In this document: piece after piece, positions 13,501 through 50,950 of the stretch | Layout of the letters: the number at the start of each line of letters is the position of its first letter | Numbering within the stretch: position 1 is the first letter of the stretch | The notes under the pieces: model-generated | Databases searched by the model: none | The model's input: the letters and a program-made list of their open reading frames with translations, nothing else | Told to the model about the DNA's origin: nothing | Assembly: GCA_012295275.1 (NCBI GenBank) | Contig: CM022676.1 | Span: forward strand, 16,120,001-16,184,000 | Reading direction: 5' to 3' | Source of the DNA: Chrysomallon squamiferum | Lineage: Eukaryota; Animalia; Mollusca | Length of the DNA stretch: 64,000 bases | Position numbers and translations under genes: made by a program

Positions 13501-16245
13501 GAATTAGTAATAAGAAAGATTCATTTGTTACAAAATTAGCTAAATAAGAAAGATTCATTTGTTACAAAATTCATCTTTATACTGAGAGAAAACCAGTTAT
13601 TAAAATGCAAGAACATTTTAAAATAATTTTCACATAAATATAATTTTTTTCTGTGAGAATGTTTCGATTGTTTTAACAGTGAATTTTTCACATCGTCGTA
13701 AATAATACCCTGGTATACCTCTATCTATCTCTTGCAGAAGTGGCAGGCTATTTTTATCTGAGCTACATAACAAACTAAAACACACTTGCTATACTGGTTA
13801 TAGAAGTATCATGAAGTATACATAGAAATATCTGAAAAAAAAAGAATCGAACATTTTAAAATGATCTTTACGTCTGCTATAACGATCTCGCACATAAAAT
13901 ATGAGAAAAGGTAGCTACAAAGTAATTAACATTAATCTACAATAGTTGTATGTATGTATAGAATCATCGAAACCGCAAAGTACGAAGCTGACCATTTTCA
14001 CAAATGTACGCCAATATTATGTTTAGCATTGACGAATAGTCGCTACACTTTAATATATTTAATGTTTGAGTGTCCAACTTTTTGTTTATTGTCAGTCACA
14101 TCTAAACATTATCCTACAAGGTGCATAGTTGGATTTAATTAGCTGTCTGGTTACAAAATATTTTTATTATTTGTATAGGCTGCGATAAACACTCAATATA
14201 ATAAATGTTTTACACACGGTTATGAATTGTCAAATAGTTACATCCAGAATAATCCTAAAGTGTGCACAGCTTGTCTCTTCGCTCTTTAAATAATAAATAT
14301 CTTTCTTTCTATATATTTGGATTTATTTACTTGTTATATGTGTAGTCCGTTAAGGTATATACTATGAATTACATTAGATACATTTCCGAGTTGAGCATTG
14401 AGCAGAGAAACTGTGGACTAAATTAAATGTTCTATTCGTCAGGAACAGTAGATAGACTCGGAATGTATTACAGGTAGACTAATATATGTGATTCCTTAAG
14501 TAAAATCTCTTCATCAATCAATGTAATTAGTCAGGTGAATTGAGAAAGAAAATATTAAATAATCAATTTTATTGTTAAAAAAAACAACAAACAATGATTG
14601 ATTAATGTATGTTTTTAGTTAGTATAATTGATTAACCCTGTTTATTTATGTTTGCGGGTCGTATGTATGTGAGATACATTTTTGTGTGCACGATCGTTAT
14701 AAATTGACGAATTATGAAAAGAAAAGATCCACGTTTAAATAATATTATTAATATAATTAATTTTAACATTGTTTAAATTGTTCGGAGGTGTGATGTTTGA
14801 TAATGTATCTTCGCTATTTTCTGCCTTCAGAACGTTTGATATGAGCTGAAAATTCTAGAGAACTTGGTTAAGATGTTTAGGTCGGTTTCCTGGGCGATAC
14901 ACTACGATGTAAAGTCATTATAGTTCATCTGCAACAGACTTCTGCAAGGTGTGTGCAGAAAAAAAGAAGTAAAAACTACATCACATATTAAACTGGGACA
15001 TTAGCTATATTTTGTTATTTCACAATTTAATATTTGTATTTAGTAATTACTATTGGCATCCACACATACACTACTCACCTTCACACATATATACATATGT
15101 AAGCATAAGGATGCATATTTACGTACGTACAAACATACATACTTAACACACACACATAAACACATATTAATAAGAATATATGCAACAAAATGCAAAGATG
15201 AACGACTTTTACATATTGATAAATTACATATGCGTTATTTCCGCCATTATTAAAACAAATATAGTTTTGCTAAATTGATTTTTTTTTTTTTTTTTTTTTG
15301 AATTTTAATTCGGCTTTATCAGTTTTTTATATGTTTTTATTTATTTCTTTATTATTATTCTCTTATTATTTGTTTATTTATTTTTATAATTTAAAATTAA
15401 GACTTCTTTACGTTCGCAGTCACTGAAAAGTTTAATTTTCCACTGAACTGTTTGTTTTCAGCTGCTGCTGATTAAATTGAGATCGCTTGTCAGTGAAAAA
15501 AAAAATCATAGTTAAAATGTTTTATATTTTGTGTTCATTCCAGGACTAATAAAGCCGAAGTTTAATATTTGTACATTAATAACTTTTAATTAATGAACTT
15601 ATTATAAAGTTGAGTTGTCTGGTCCTGTTAATCATTATAATTGTCAATTATGCATAATATTTATTAATAATGTTATTACTATCAAATAAAAATGATGTCA
15701 CTATTTTCTATTCTGATTATATTTTAAATTAGAAAATATTTAATTTAAAAAGAGAATGAATTATTCCTTCAGACAAATTATACTGTGTGTTTATCCAGGC
15801 ACTAATAAAGCGAAACTTAAATCTTAGACAACTGAATTATAATTAATTAATGCAATTATATTGTTGAATTATCTTATCATGTTCAACATATCAGTTGCGA
15901 AATATTTACAGTATTACAATAATAAAAGCAGATTGTTATATCTGAAAAGTAAATACGTTTATCCCTATTTTCTATTCTGAATCTGGATTTGTAAAACTAA
16001 AATATTAAATAAAGAAGCAAAAAAAAACATATGTATTTTGAGCACAGAACTTGGACGTAAAGAGGTATGCAGTGGTGGAAGAAATTAAATATTTTTGGAA
16101 AAAGGAAAAAACTAATCGGTGTAAATTATTATTTCATTAATTGAGTATGTACATGTTTGTTTTTTGTCTTGTTTGTTATTGGTTTATATTAAACAAATCA
16201 TAATATTCTTAGTTACAGATCAGTCGTAACATGTTAATATTTCAG

Positions 16246-39831
<23,586 letters not shown>

Positions 39832-40731
39832 TATATCTCTTTATTAATGTGTTTACTTAAAACATCGAAACACCTTATTATGTCACTTTTATCACACACA
39901 CACACACACACAAACACACACAAATACACACCTATACACACATATATGCGCATATAGGATCAAATATTATCCCACCTATTCACCGTTATTGAATTTTATT
40001 ATTCAGCAAAGCTAGTTAAATATGTATGTTTTCATTTTCATACAAGAACGCCTTTAGAGCCATTTAAAAATATATACATATATATATGGGTTCGATACTT
40101 GTGTTATGTTTACATCAGGACAATATATGTAGTATACAGTGTTTGTTGGTATATTTTATGAGCTACAATTACAGTCCAGTAAAATTGTGACTAACTGTGT
40201 CTATTATGATTCTGCTTAAAGTATATCTAATAGAATTGTGATTAAGTGTGTCTAGTAAGATTCTCATTAAACAAAGTCTAGTAACAAAAATGTGTGGCGT
40301 TGATTTTTTGTGCGGACACATTCACTAAACTCTCTGACTTGATATTTTCTTAACGACAGTAAATTATAATGATGATGAGTTACTATCGCACAGAACAATA
40401 CTTTTTTTAAAAAGAGACTAGATTATTATCCACCGAACATAATGCAGTCCAGCAAACATGTTTATAATTTTATTGTTTGTCGTCATAGCAAAATACAATT
40501 GAAAATAAATAAAATAGCATACAATAAAATTAAAATTAAAACTCAGTGATGAGTATTATAACAGAGTTCCTTTCTTTACTTACTACAAGAGTTATGTAAC
40601 GACATCTCACCTAAATGTGCCTGTAAGAGCAACATGTCCTAAACATTTCTACAACAATCAAATTTACAAAATGTTCTGTCCTTCTTAATCCAGTTGTGCT
40701 TCTCGCATGACTATCGTCTTCAAGTCGATGC

Positions 40732-40931
40732 NNNNNNNNNNNNNNNNNNNNNNNNNNNNNNNNNNNNNNNNNNNNNNNNNNNNNNNNNNNNNNNNNNNNN
40801 NNNNNNNNNNNNNNNNNNNNNNNNNNNNNNNNNNNNNNNNNNNNNNNNNNNNNNNNNNNNNNNNNNNNNNNNNNNNNNNNNNNNNNNNNNNNNNNNNNNN
40901 NNNNNNNNNNNNNNNNNNNNNNNNNNNNNNN
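40732..40931. other. Assembly gap (200 N)
   Basis: Run of exactly 200 N, probably a scaffolding placeholder. Confidence 0.99.
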
Positions 40932-40990
40932 AAATATATATATATATTTTTTTCAATAATGTTGCTAATTCCTTATATATTTCGACTTAC

Positions 40991-41166
40991 AATAATTCAA
41001 ACAACTGATTCCCACGTCTTGCTTATGACTACAGTTGTTGTCACCCCAAGTAGAGAATGAACAATAGTCTACACTTTCTTCATGCCCCTTACAGTCAAGT
41101 CCATCAAGCCAAATAGGTCCACTGCCTTGTCCAAACTGAGATGCTGTGTAGAAGTTTGCTTCGAAA
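40991..41166 (-). CDS. SRCR6 second exon
   Basis: FEANFYTASQFGQGSGPIWLDGLDCKGHEESVDYCSFSTWGDNNCSHKQDVGISCLNY|gtaagt. Confidence 0.72.
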
Positions 41167-41753
41167 CTGAAAATAGTGTTAATGATGATAACAATGATGA
41201 TGATAATAATAATAATAATAATATTGTCATATATATATATATAGAATCCCTTATCCGAAATATATACACGTACAGAAACTGATATTTCTGGATTTTAGGT
41301 CCGTAACGTTTCGTCATTAACAAAGTTCCCAAATAATATTTCGATTAAGATATATCTCCTTTGATTCTGATCAGTTCTCTAGCCAATTATAATACTGCGA
41401 CTACGTGTGTACAGTCAGCAAATGTCGCAAAAGTCTCAGCCACAAATGTCGCTACATGATAACTATTAACATTCTTACTTATTTAAAACTTTAGAACATC
41501 TTTCAAATTTATTTTTTTCTAACTAAAATTGGAGAACAGTTCCATTTAGAACGACGTCACTGCAATATGTTCTTAATTCTGATAAAATACAAACTCAGAA
41601 AAAGAAATAATTTGAATTAACATTTCACAATCTAAAATAGTTGTGCACATTTTTGATCAGAATCTATTGTGACGTGTAATGTAAGTTGTAGACGCAATTT
41701 CCTACTGTTAGATATAAACAGAAATGTTTACAAATGCAGCCACGCCTATTTAC

Positions 41754-41898
41754 CGACTAAAACCCAGCATGTAACAGATGACAGCAGCATCTCTGTCGTC
41801 AAATTCATTATCACAGACAGTTCCCCATGTCCCGTTGTTTTCTATTTCAAGTCTGCCTCGTGTTGTAATTCCTCCTCCATTGACCAGTCGAACAGAAA
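41754..41898 (-). CDS. SRCR6 first exon
   Basis: [47 protein letters not shown]. Confidence 0.72.
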
Positions 41899-42295
41899 CT
41901 GAAGTCAGTTCAAGACAGGATTAAAAGAAAATTTTAAAATATTTTGATTAAAAATACTACTACTACTACTGCTACATCTACTACTACAAATACTACTACT
42001 ACTGCTACTACCACTATTACTACAACTACTACTACTACTACTACTAATAATAATAATAATAAAAATAATAATAACAATAATGATATCCGATGTATTACAA
42101 GGACGTTTTTTCACATCCATAAGTATATACAAACACGTTCATTATATAATTTCATATACACAGAAAAAATAAGACAAAAATTGTACAGACAGATAGAGGG
42201 TAATGGGCATTATTCAGTATGTTTAATAAGAAAAACATCAAACTAATATAATATGTTTCAAAACGGAAAGAACACTATTAACAAAAATAGCATAC

Positions 42296-42470
42296 CTTGT
42301 TTTAAACAGCTAATTCCCAAATCCTCTTTATGATACAATTTTTGTTATCCCAGTCATAGAAAGAACAGTGATTTACTCCATTTTCATCTTTAACACAGTT
42401 AACATCATCAACCCATACTGGTCCTGTTCCTTCTCCAAAGTGAGCATTCTTATACGTCTTTGCGTTGAAT
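42296..42470 (-). pseudogene. SRCR5 second exon with 1-nt frameshift
   Basis: 175 nt vs 176 in the paralog; TGT A-T CAT instead of TGT AGT CAT near 42334. Confidence 0.75.
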
Positions 42471-42662
42471 CTAGTATTTACAAAATACAAACTGAGTTGT
42501 CTGATCTTGGTCAGTACAAGTATTGGTGAGGCTGTGTTACTGTTACTTTCAAACACAAATCTTAATTTACAAATGTCATTTATTCTCACGCAAATATAAC
42601 TGTGTTCATATTTATCATTGTTTATCAATTAAACAGTTTAATTGAAGGTAAAACATTCTTAC

Positions 42663-42807
42663 TGACTCAATCCTAAAAGTGTACATATAAAGCCTGCGTC
42701 TTTATCGTCAAATCTGTCACCACACACAGTTCCCCATGTATCGTTAAGTTTGATCTCAACTCGACCCTGAGTTAGAATACCTCCGCCATTGACTAGTTTC
42801 ATAGGTA
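42663..42807 (-). CDS. SRCR5 first exon
   Basis: PMKLVNGGGILTQGRVEIKLNDTWGTVCGDRFDDKDAGFICTLLGLS. Confidence 0.72.
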
Positions 42808-43014
42808 CTGAAATAAAGAATAAAACATTTAATTCTAGTGTTGACAAAATAGCGAAAATTATTGCGTATATTTGTCCTTGTCAGTTTTCCATATTCTGAT
42901 CTCTCATTTTCGTTCTAATCTTAAAATAAAAATTTCGTTTGAGCTCAACGCGATCTGATTAGTCTAAAATTCATTAAATGTTTTTGTATTGTGAAAAAAC
43001 AAAAAAGAAACAAG

Positions 43015-43061
<47 letters not shown>

Positions 43062-43063
<2 letters not shown>

Positions 43064-43498
43064 AAATGTCCCATAAAATTTGATACACAGGAAAAGAAAA
43101 CATTTTTTTCCTCTTCTTTTTTTTGATATGAAAAAACAATTTTTATTTCTATAATGTGCTCTACATGACTGCCATTATGTTGAAAACAGATTTCAATGCG
43201 TGTCCTCGACTGCTGAAGAACAAGTTCAAGCTCAGCTGGAGTTACGCTTCTAATGGTGATACACTGCTTGAGATGATTTATGTTTTGTATTTTTCTTTAT
43301 ACACCATCGTCTTCAAATGCCCCCACAGGTAAAAATGAAACGGAGTGAGGTCTGGGATTGTGGAAAGCAATTCCACTGGACCACGCCTACAAATCCGCGC
43401 ACCTTGAAATTCCCGATCTAACCTCTGACGTACGTGAATACCAAATTAATCACGACAATGTTAAAAACTATGTGTATGCAAAAGTAGGGGACACCCTG
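43062..43498 (-). mobile_element. Internally deleted Tc1/mariner-superfamily element
   Basis: Minus strand RRGPVELLSTIPDLTPFHFYLWGHLKTMVY resembles the WPPRSPDLTPLDFYLWG transposase C-terminus; end gggacaccctg+TA and a degenerate mate caaaatgtccc. Confidence 0.75.
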
Positions 43499-43694
43499 TA
43501 TATAATCCGGGTATTTGTTATTTACTTCTTCGTAGGCTCAGCTATTTAAACACATCACCATTAATTAATATAGGAAATATCCTTTACTCAGTGATCACAG
43601 GGACTATACAAATATGTTGATCTATATTAAAACTAATTCAGTGTTTCTGCTTAGATGATTATATCATTGATTATGTACTAACAACTGAGAATAA

Positions 43695-43765
<71 letters not shown>

Positions 43766-44205
43766 GAGGAGAGAAAAGAGAAAGAAGGACAAGAACTGGA
43801 AGATAGACAACAACAAAAACAAAAAAACAAAAACAAAAAAAAAACTAAGAAAGATAAGATATTGAGAAGAAAAACTTAATCGAGACGTCTATTAAAACAT
43901 TTGTTGGTTTTAAATTTGAATAGGTTTCAGTTGTTTAGCAATAAATTGACCTCAAGATTTTCGTATTTCGCAAACAATTTTAGGTCCTTTTTTTAAAATG
44001 AAACAGAACACAGCGTGAAGAAAATATAGTGGAATAAATAAACAGGGTGTTACATGTACTACAAATATTCATAACAAACCAAACATTGAATCATTTCTAA
44101 CAGTTTTCATATTGCGTCATGTCATTAACATTCTACATGTTTACCTTTATATACTGATAGAAGGAAAAACAAAGACAACAAAAAATTGATTTCTGTGCTG
44201 CGAAC

Positions 44206-44381
44206 CTTCACAGAGTATCCCAACATCGTCATAGTGACTACAGTTATTGTGTCTCCAACCAGGAAAAACACACTGTTCAACAGATCTTTCACTTCCTCTA
44301 CACTCAAGATTATTTAACCATATTGGACCAGAACCTTCTCCAAAGTATGGGAAATTGCCAGTAAAGATCTTAGCTCCCTCA
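44206..44381 (-). CDS. SRCR4 second exon
   Basis: EGAKIFTGNFPYFGEGSGPIWLNNLECRGSERSVEQCVFPGWRHNNCSHYDDVGILCE. Confidence 0.75.
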
Positions 44382-44708
44382 CTGAAATATAATTCAAAGA
44401 AAAGAAAGCCAACATTTTAAATGTATTTATTCAAACGTTTTAACAATATTACATTTAGAGCTAGGTATAATAGAATGAGATATAATAATAATAATAATAA
44501 TAATAGTTGTAGTAGTAGTAGAAGTAGTAGTAGTAATAGTAGTAGTAGTAGCAGTAGTAGTACCATTACTGTCTGTATTACTAATAGAGATAGTTGTCGT
44601 GGTCCTCGTAAAGTTAAACTAGCAGTAGTAATAGTTAGAATAGTAATAGTAGCATTAGTTACGAACACTTTGGTACAAAGGAATATAACAGAAAGTATCT
44701 ATTTTTAC

Positions 44709-44853
44709 CGACTAAATCCCGTCATAGAACACAGAACACCAGCGTCTCTTTTGTCAAAACCATATTTACAAATTGTTCCCCACGTCTCGTTTACTTGAAT
44801 CTCAACTCGTCCTTGGGTTGGTATTCCTCTTCCATTCACTAACCTCACTGATA
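44709..44853 (-). CDS. SRCR4 first exon
   Basis: [47 protein letters not shown]. Confidence 0.75.
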
Positions 44854-44952
44854 CTGAAATAATGATAGGTTCACATGCTTCCATTGAGTTAGAGTAGTAT
44901 AATTTGCTTAGAAGAAAAAAAAATGTATATAAATATGTCCTCTTATTTTGTA

Positions 44953-44990
<38 letters not shown>

Positions 44991-45533
44991 AGAAAGGGGG
45001 ATTTGATAATAAAAGTAAAGTTATAGAAAATGTAGTTATATCTCTAACACTAATTTGATCCCAGTTATTTTCATAAACTCGGAACAAAATAATAACACAA
45101 TAATCATAAAAATCTATTTTCAGAATAAAATCATCATTAAGGTTTCTTCTTGAATAATCGAATGTTGAGCACTGAATACATTTCAAAACAACTTAAAACA
45201 TTTTGATCAACATAGAATCTTTTTATCATGACAATCGTGTTCACAGTTAAGTTTGTTTGTAATACTGATACAGTCGTGACTATGACATTTAGTGACCTAT
45301 GACTATCAACCCCTGTTTATGTGTGTGTGAGAGAGAAATCAAACACTTAGTATTGTCATATTCTGATATGAAACATCGTTTCCTCACACATCTAAAATTC
45401 ATCAATTATAATAACAATCATGATGACCTAATTATCAAAATTCTTCAGACATTTCCTATATTGATAACTTTTAGTCTGTTCACCAAATATTTCGTTATCA
45501 GTAAATTTAACAATTCTATGTAACTCTAGTTAC

Positions 45534-45709
45534 AGCCATCGAAACAGCCGATTCCCACGTCTTGATTATGACTACAACTGTTTTCACCCCAAGCAGAGAA
45601 TGAACAATAGTCTACACTTTCTTCATCTCCCTTACAGTCGAGTCCATCAAGCCAGATAGGTCCACTGCCTTGTCCAAACTGAGATGATGGATAGACGTTT
45701 GCTCCAATA
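45534..45709 (-). CDS. SRCR3 second exon
   Basis: IGANVYPSSQFGQGSGPIWLDGLDCKGDEESVDYCSFSAWGENSCSHNQDVGIGCFDG. Confidence 0.75.
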
Positions 45710-45731
45710 CTGAAATAACAACAAGAACAAT

Positions 45732-45788
<57 letters not shown>

Positions 45789-46940
45789 TTACGACTACTA
45801 CTATCACCACTACTAAAAATAATAATAACAATAATAATAATAATAATAATAATAATAAGTGACATTCTATCTGTGTCTAATGTTACTGGTATCATGTCTA
45901 AGGGTACAGAACACTATGACAAGGTATAATATATACGCCCTTAATGATACCGATTTCAAACTTTCAATTCCTTTTCCGTACCCTCTGAGTTAATTTATTA
46001 GAATATATCGGCTGCTAAAGATAATTGTTTTTCTACTGATTATAATTACTAATACATATTCATCGTAGTTTTATTTTTTACTGTACTTCATATATAGATA
46101 TTACATTATGTAAAGATTATAGACATATACAAATTAGCACTCTAATGAAATGCATTAAATTTGTATAGGTAGAAGAAAAGTAATGAAACATGTTCACAGA
46201 TAATCGTGTTTAACGTTAACTAAAGACTACATTATCTGCCTTAGTAATAATAATAATAATAATAATAGTAATAATAATATAATAATAATAATAAAAATAG
46301 TAGTAATATGGATCAAGGATATGTGGAGAAAAAACAGAATTGTAAAACGTATTGCATGGAAGTGATTTTTGCTGAAAATAAAGTAATGAAGAAACGAAAG
46401 CAATAGAGAGATTATTTTCAGTAAGTTTCGGTGTTCTCTATGTATATTCAGCAGACATTTTTTTTTTCAGGATCAAAATATTTCAAACGATTATTTGTCT
46501 ATTGTACGATAATCAATACTGAGTAAGCTGTATCATATATCTCTTTATCAAGAAAGTATATCAGTGTATCCAATTAACCACATCGCTATAGAACAATGTA
46601 ATTTCGAGTTCTAAAAAAGCTACTTGAGTAACCTAGATTTATGAACCAGAAGAGAGATCAATATTCGTATTATTTATAATCTTACAATAGTATTTCTGTA
46701 TGAGTACAATTAGCATTTAGGACCACATCACTGCAATTTCTTGATAGTTCTTATAAATTACAAAATTAGAATAGGTAATCAATTGAAATTTAATTTAAGA
46801 TTCAAGATTTGTTCAGTAACTGTGCTCATTCCTGTGTATGAAAATCTATGATAACTTGAAATACAATGAAAGAATTTAGACAGTTTGCTGATATTTCATA
46901 TAAATATAATTTTTTACAAAATACAGTAACGTTCACTTAC

Positions 46941-47085
46941 CGATTAAACACCAGCATGTAACAGATGACAGAAGCATCTCTATCGTCAAATTCATTATCA
47001 CAGACAGTTCCCCATGTCCCGTTGTTTTCTACTTCAAGTCTGCCTCGTGTTGCAATTCCTCCTCCATTCACCAGTCGAACAGAAA
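46941..47085 (-). CDS. SRCR3 first exon
   Basis: [47 protein letters not shown]. Confidence 0.75.
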
Positions 47086-47434
47086 CTGAAATCAATTCAA
47101 GGAATGATTAAACGACAATTTGTAAATATCTTAAAAAAAAAAAAAAAATGTCACTGTCCAGTAAATTTGAAAGCTGTTTTTCCGCAAGCGTAACTACATA
47201 GAAACATGTGCATTATATAAATTCATACACAGAGAAAATATATTATTATTGTTATTATTATTATGATTATGAGGAATAGAGATAGTCTAGTCTTTATTTA
47301 ATGTAAAACACGATTATCTATGAAGTTTAATAGTTGTTCCAGTACCTATATTACCAAATTTTCAACTGCTGGCAAAGTCGCGACATAATTGTCGTTACAC
47401 ACACTGACACCCGCTCTCGCACATTCAAACACAC

Positions 47435-47582
<148 letters not shown>

Positions 47583-47714
47583 GTGAGGTATCATAGGTGT
47601 CAGAAGAAAAAGTTAATGTTTTAACAGACAAAGAGTATATTCGGCTTTGTTTTAATTCCTTCATATTAATTTCAAATCCTCAAAGATTACAAACATATAT
47701 ATAACAAATAAACA

Positions 47715-47751
<37 letters not shown>

Positions 47752-47950
47752 AAAAAACTTCTATCATTAAATAAAATACAGAATATCCTTTGTAGGCAGC
47801 TAACAGTATGTACCCGTAATAAATTTGTGGAAACAAGGTTAACCTACATTATTCAATAAAACATGTTTTGTTTTTCACTAAAGTGAACTTTAAAATGACC
47901 ATATATGTTTTAAAATGGGGATAAAAAAAATGTTATGAAAAACAACGTAC

Positions 47951-48126
47951 TGTGTGGGAAACAGCTAATTCCCAAATCCTGTTTATGACTACAGTTTGCT
48001 TCACCCCAGTCATAGAAAGAACAGTGATTCAGTCCATTTTCGTCTTTAACACAGTTAACATCATCAACCCACACTGGTCCTGTTCCTTCTCCAAAGTGAG
48101 CATTCTTATACGTCTTTGTGTTGAAT
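47951..48126 (-). CDS. SRCR2 second exon
   Basis: [58 protein letters not shown]. Confidence 0.75.
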
Positions 48127-48292
48127 CTAAGATTTATAAAAACAGAATCTGAGTTGTATGATCTTCATTAGTAGAAATATTGATCAAGCTGTAGTACGAG
48201 ATAATTCAGATTTTACTTTACATTGTGTAACAAATATAAATGTGCTCCTTAACTGAAGGTAAGACTATCGTACGGATTGAAAATATTCTTAC

Positions 48293-48437
48293 TGATTGAA
48301 ACCTAAAAATGTACAGATAAAGCCTGCGTCCTTGTCGTTAAATCTGTCACCACAGACAGTTCCCCATGTATCGTTAAGTTTGATCTCAACTCGACCCTGT
48401 GTTGAAATACCTCCACCATTGACTAGTCTGATAGACA
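48293..48437 (-). CDS. SRCR2 first exon
   Basis: [47 protein letters not shown]. Confidence 0.75.
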
Positions 48438-48972
48438 CTGAAATGGAGGACGAAATATTTCATTCCGGTGTTTCAATAATCATTACATACAAATTTCACA
48501 GCAATTTCTTAATATTTTTGCTGACAAATTACATGTATTAAATCGTTCGTGAATCTCATTGCAATTTCAGATTATTTGAAACGTGTCGGTAGTGAAATTA
48601 TTTCTCGATTTTCTGATGTTATTTTATTTTATATTTTCTTCAATTATTAATACTATTAGGAGGCAATAATCAAAGATGCCGACCCAAAACCTATGAACCC
48701 TGACATCTGTAAATGATAAACAGATCAGTCCAGTTCAGTTGCTAAAATTACCACTGTTTAGAATAAATTGACTGAATTCCGTATGTCACTGCATGTCCTT
48801 TTTAACGATCAGCTTGAAATTGTTACAGTATATTCTGCTATTACTGAGGCCATTTTTTCTAGCTGTCAAACATATAACATCAAATTTGCAAATGTAATCT
48901 TTTCGACAGTAAGAATGATGAGCAAGTAAGTGAAATAAAATAAAATAAAATAAAATGACACTATAAACTGAC

Positions 48973-49142
48973 ATTGACAGCTGATACCAACATCCTCCCT
49001 GTGACTACAGTCGTGTTTCCCCCAGCCAGGAAATGAACACTTTTCAACACTGTCTTCATCTCCATCACATCTCAGATCATCAAGCCATATTTGTCCCGTT
49101 CCTTCTCCAAAGTGAGCACTTTGATATTGTGTTACATTAAAA
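48973..49142 (-). CDS. SRCR1 second exon
   Basis: [56 protein letters not shown]. Confidence 0.7.
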
Positions 49143-49496
49143 CTTAAACAAAATAAACAGTATACAACATAGTTTATAAAACGCAATCAACAATCCTCAT
49201 TTTAGACCTAGATTTCAGAAGTTATTCCTTACTTTCTAACTAATTTCAACAACATTTAATAGAATAATGTTTTGATGCCAAAAGGGTAGAGTATATATTG
49301 GTAGGGTTATTGTAATTGTATTATTATTATTATTAGTAGTAGTAGTAGTAGTAGTAGTAGTATTCAAAAACAACGTGACATATACACCATCACTAACTTT
49401 GATTATGTGTAACAAATTTTCTACGATTAATATTTTTGCTTAACAATAAGTAATACATAAGAAATAAGTAAGTAAGCATATAAATAAAACAATTAC

Positions 49497-49624
49497 CGAC
49501 TAAATCCTAACATGTGACATAAAACAGAAGCCACATTTGCGTCAAAATAATCATCACAGATTGTTCCCCACGTTCCGTTTACTTGAACCTCAACTCGTCC
49601 TTGTGTTGGTTTTCCTCTTCCATT
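49497..49624 (-). pseudogene. SRCR1 first exon, 5'-truncated
   Basis: Starts abruptly at [42 protein letters not shown]; the nearby AGs are out of phase with the signal exon. Confidence 0.8.
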
Positions 49625-49639
49625 TTTGCTCCTTGTGCT

Positions 49640-50240
49640 ACTGGAGCTACTAGTGTAATTACTAGTTCTAGTATAATTTTACTGTTGCTAGTTTTACAAT
49701 TATTACTATTACGACTATTATATTTCCTTATTCTACTACTATTACAACAACCACAGCTACTGGCACTAAAACTAAATTATAATTTTCAAACAATACTCTT
49801 AAGAAAAACAAATATATGAAATTAGTTTAGATTTAACTTACCAGTACTCGAGTGTGGAATGAAAATATTTATATAAAGAAAACAGAAAAGTGAAATTGCT
49901 GTCCGCATTCCGCATTATTATTAGTAGTAGTATTGCTATTATTTCAGATACTGCATTAGAATCATTCAGATATGCAGACAGATTTTATTTTTCTGCTTTC
50001 TTTATATAAATATTTTTATTCTGCGCTCGAGCACTGGTAAGTTAAATCTAAACTAATTTCATATATTTGTTTTTCATCGTCTTCTTAAGAGTTCAATTTA
50101 GTAATTATAATTTAGTATTAGTAGCTGTGATTGTTGTAATAGTAATATAATAAGGAAATGTAATAGTCGTAATAGTAATAATAGTAAAACTAGCAACAGT
50201 AAAATTATACTACTATTTGTAATTACAATACTAGCACTAG
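49640..50240. repeat. Inverted repeat at the centre of the SRCR inverted duplication
   Basis: About 49640-49908 is the imperfect reverse complement of about 49972-50240 (aaattagtttagatttaacttaccagt / actggtaagttaaatctaaactaattt). Confidence 0.9.
49842..49908 (-). CDS. Signal peptide exon
   Basis: MRTAISLFCFLYINIFIPHSST + G|gtaagt; 67 nt, phase 1, matching the SRCR exons. Confidence 0.75.
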
Positions 50241-50890
50241 TATTACAAATAGCAACAACAGCAGAATAATAGTTATAGAAAAACAAGTATATATTTAAAA
50301 GTAATAGATTTGGTAGAAAAAAGTTATGAAGAAGAAACAGTAATAGTTTTAGTACCATTAAAATATCTATGATCTAATTAATGTTAAAAATACTAATTAT
50401 TGATATTTATAACAACACTAGAATTGTAACAGATTTCATGGCTCTTTAGTTTTATTACAAAATTACTTTTCTTTACAACAGAAAATTAAAAGATGTGTTA
50501 ATTCACATTTTTCTTTTTTTTTCTAAGAAATTATACTATTGTATCGCACTTATCATATTTAACATGCTATTATTTCAGTACGAGTAAGGTTAATGAATGG
50601 AGGAGGAATACTAACATAAGATCGAGTTGAGATTCAAGTAAACGGGACGTGGGGAACTATCTGTGATGTTTTTTTGATGAGAAAGATGCTTCTGTTTTAT
50701 GTCACATGTTAGGATTTAGTCGGTAATTGTTTTATTTATTTCTTTACCTACTTACTTATTTACTTACGTACTTAATTGATTTTTTTATGTAGTACTTATT
50801 GTTAAACAACAATTTTATACGTAGATGTAATTTTACACAAAATCAAATTTAGTAATAGTGTATATATCAGGTTGTTTTCGACGTGATTCC

Positions 50891-50950
<60 letters not shown>

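Larger units (their letters stand above)
1..14500. repeat. Mosaic of tandem segmental duplications (about 4.7 kb period, plus older diverged copies)
   Basis: gaatcatcgaaaccggaatgtac at ~2126 and ~6807, diverged at ~10562 and ~13960; ttggacgtaagccagctctacaataatgg at ~177, 2860, 7525 and 8106; cctgatatct..aatcagtgag at ~6152 and ~11952. Confidence 0.85.
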
